Positions 63,760 through 64,000 of a stretch of DNA of 64,000 nt are shown in pieces. The stretch comes from Felis catus (taxonomy: Eukaryota): positions 178,128,001-178,192,000 of the forward strand of contig NC_058368.1 in assembly GCF_018350175.1 (NCBI RefSeq). Reading direction: 5' to 3'. A model generated the notes under the pieces. It ran no database searches. It saw nothing but the letters and a program-made list of their open reading frames with translations, and had not been told where the DNA came from. Position 1 is the stretch's first letter. Every line of letters begins with the position of its first letter. Made by a program: the position numbers and the translations under genes.

Positions 63760-64000
63760 GTTTTTTCTTTTTTCTTGTGGTAACATACACATCACATAAA
63801 ATTTACCATTGTAACCAGGTAAAAGTATACAATTCAGTGGCATTAAGTTCATTCACAGGGGTCTGCCACCATCACCACTACCTAGTTCCAGAACATTTTC
63901 ATCACCCCAACGGAAACCCCTGATCCATGAAAGCAGTCACTCCCCGTTCCTCCCTCCCGCCCCCTGCAGCCACTAATCTGCTTTCTGCCTCTATGGATTT
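63760..64000 (-). mobile_element. L1MB-like 3' end running off the window
   Basis: ACATAAAATTTACCATT...TACAATTCAGTGGCATTAAGT...CCACTAATCTGCTTTCTG. Confidence 0.85.

Noticed and set aside
38000..64000. Exons of the expected neighbour KCNIP1
   Set aside because: No EF-hand coding exons recognised; likely outside the window. RANBP17 exons were likewise not seen on the left.
1..64000. CRISPR arrays, operons, rRNA or other prokaryotic systems
   Set aside because: The sequence is clearly mammalian; no regularly spaced repeat-spacer array was found

Overview
Mammalian genomic DNA, most likely a felid (at least 18 carnivore tRNA-derived Can-SINEs, some of the young SINEC_Fc type). The window holds the complete GABRP gene (GABA-A receptor pi subunit) on the minus strand: a non-coding exon 1 (ending at 37328) and nine coding exons (ATG at 33007, TGA at 17598-17600). 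The coding exons are 53+119+68+218+83+138+153+188+303 = 1323 nt (440 aa), all introns are GT-AG, and a ~1.75 kb 3'UTR ends near AATAAA at 15840-15845. The rest is intergenic and rich in old repeats (MIR, L2, L1M, MaLR/ERVL/ERV1 LTRs, hAT MITEs, a Charlie transposase remnant). The best leads are: (1) a chain of splice-site-bounded, partly disabled exon-like segments downstream of GABRP (~5.8-11.7 kb, minus strand) whose translations resemble CCDC81, i.e. a candidate unannotated unitary pseudogene; (2) a 25-codon uORF in GABRP exon 1 that appears conserved; (3) an inverted SINE pair bracketing the in-frame-skippable exon 7; (4) tandem CTCF motifs inside GABRP. Repeat family names and human comparisons come from recalled sequences and were not computed.
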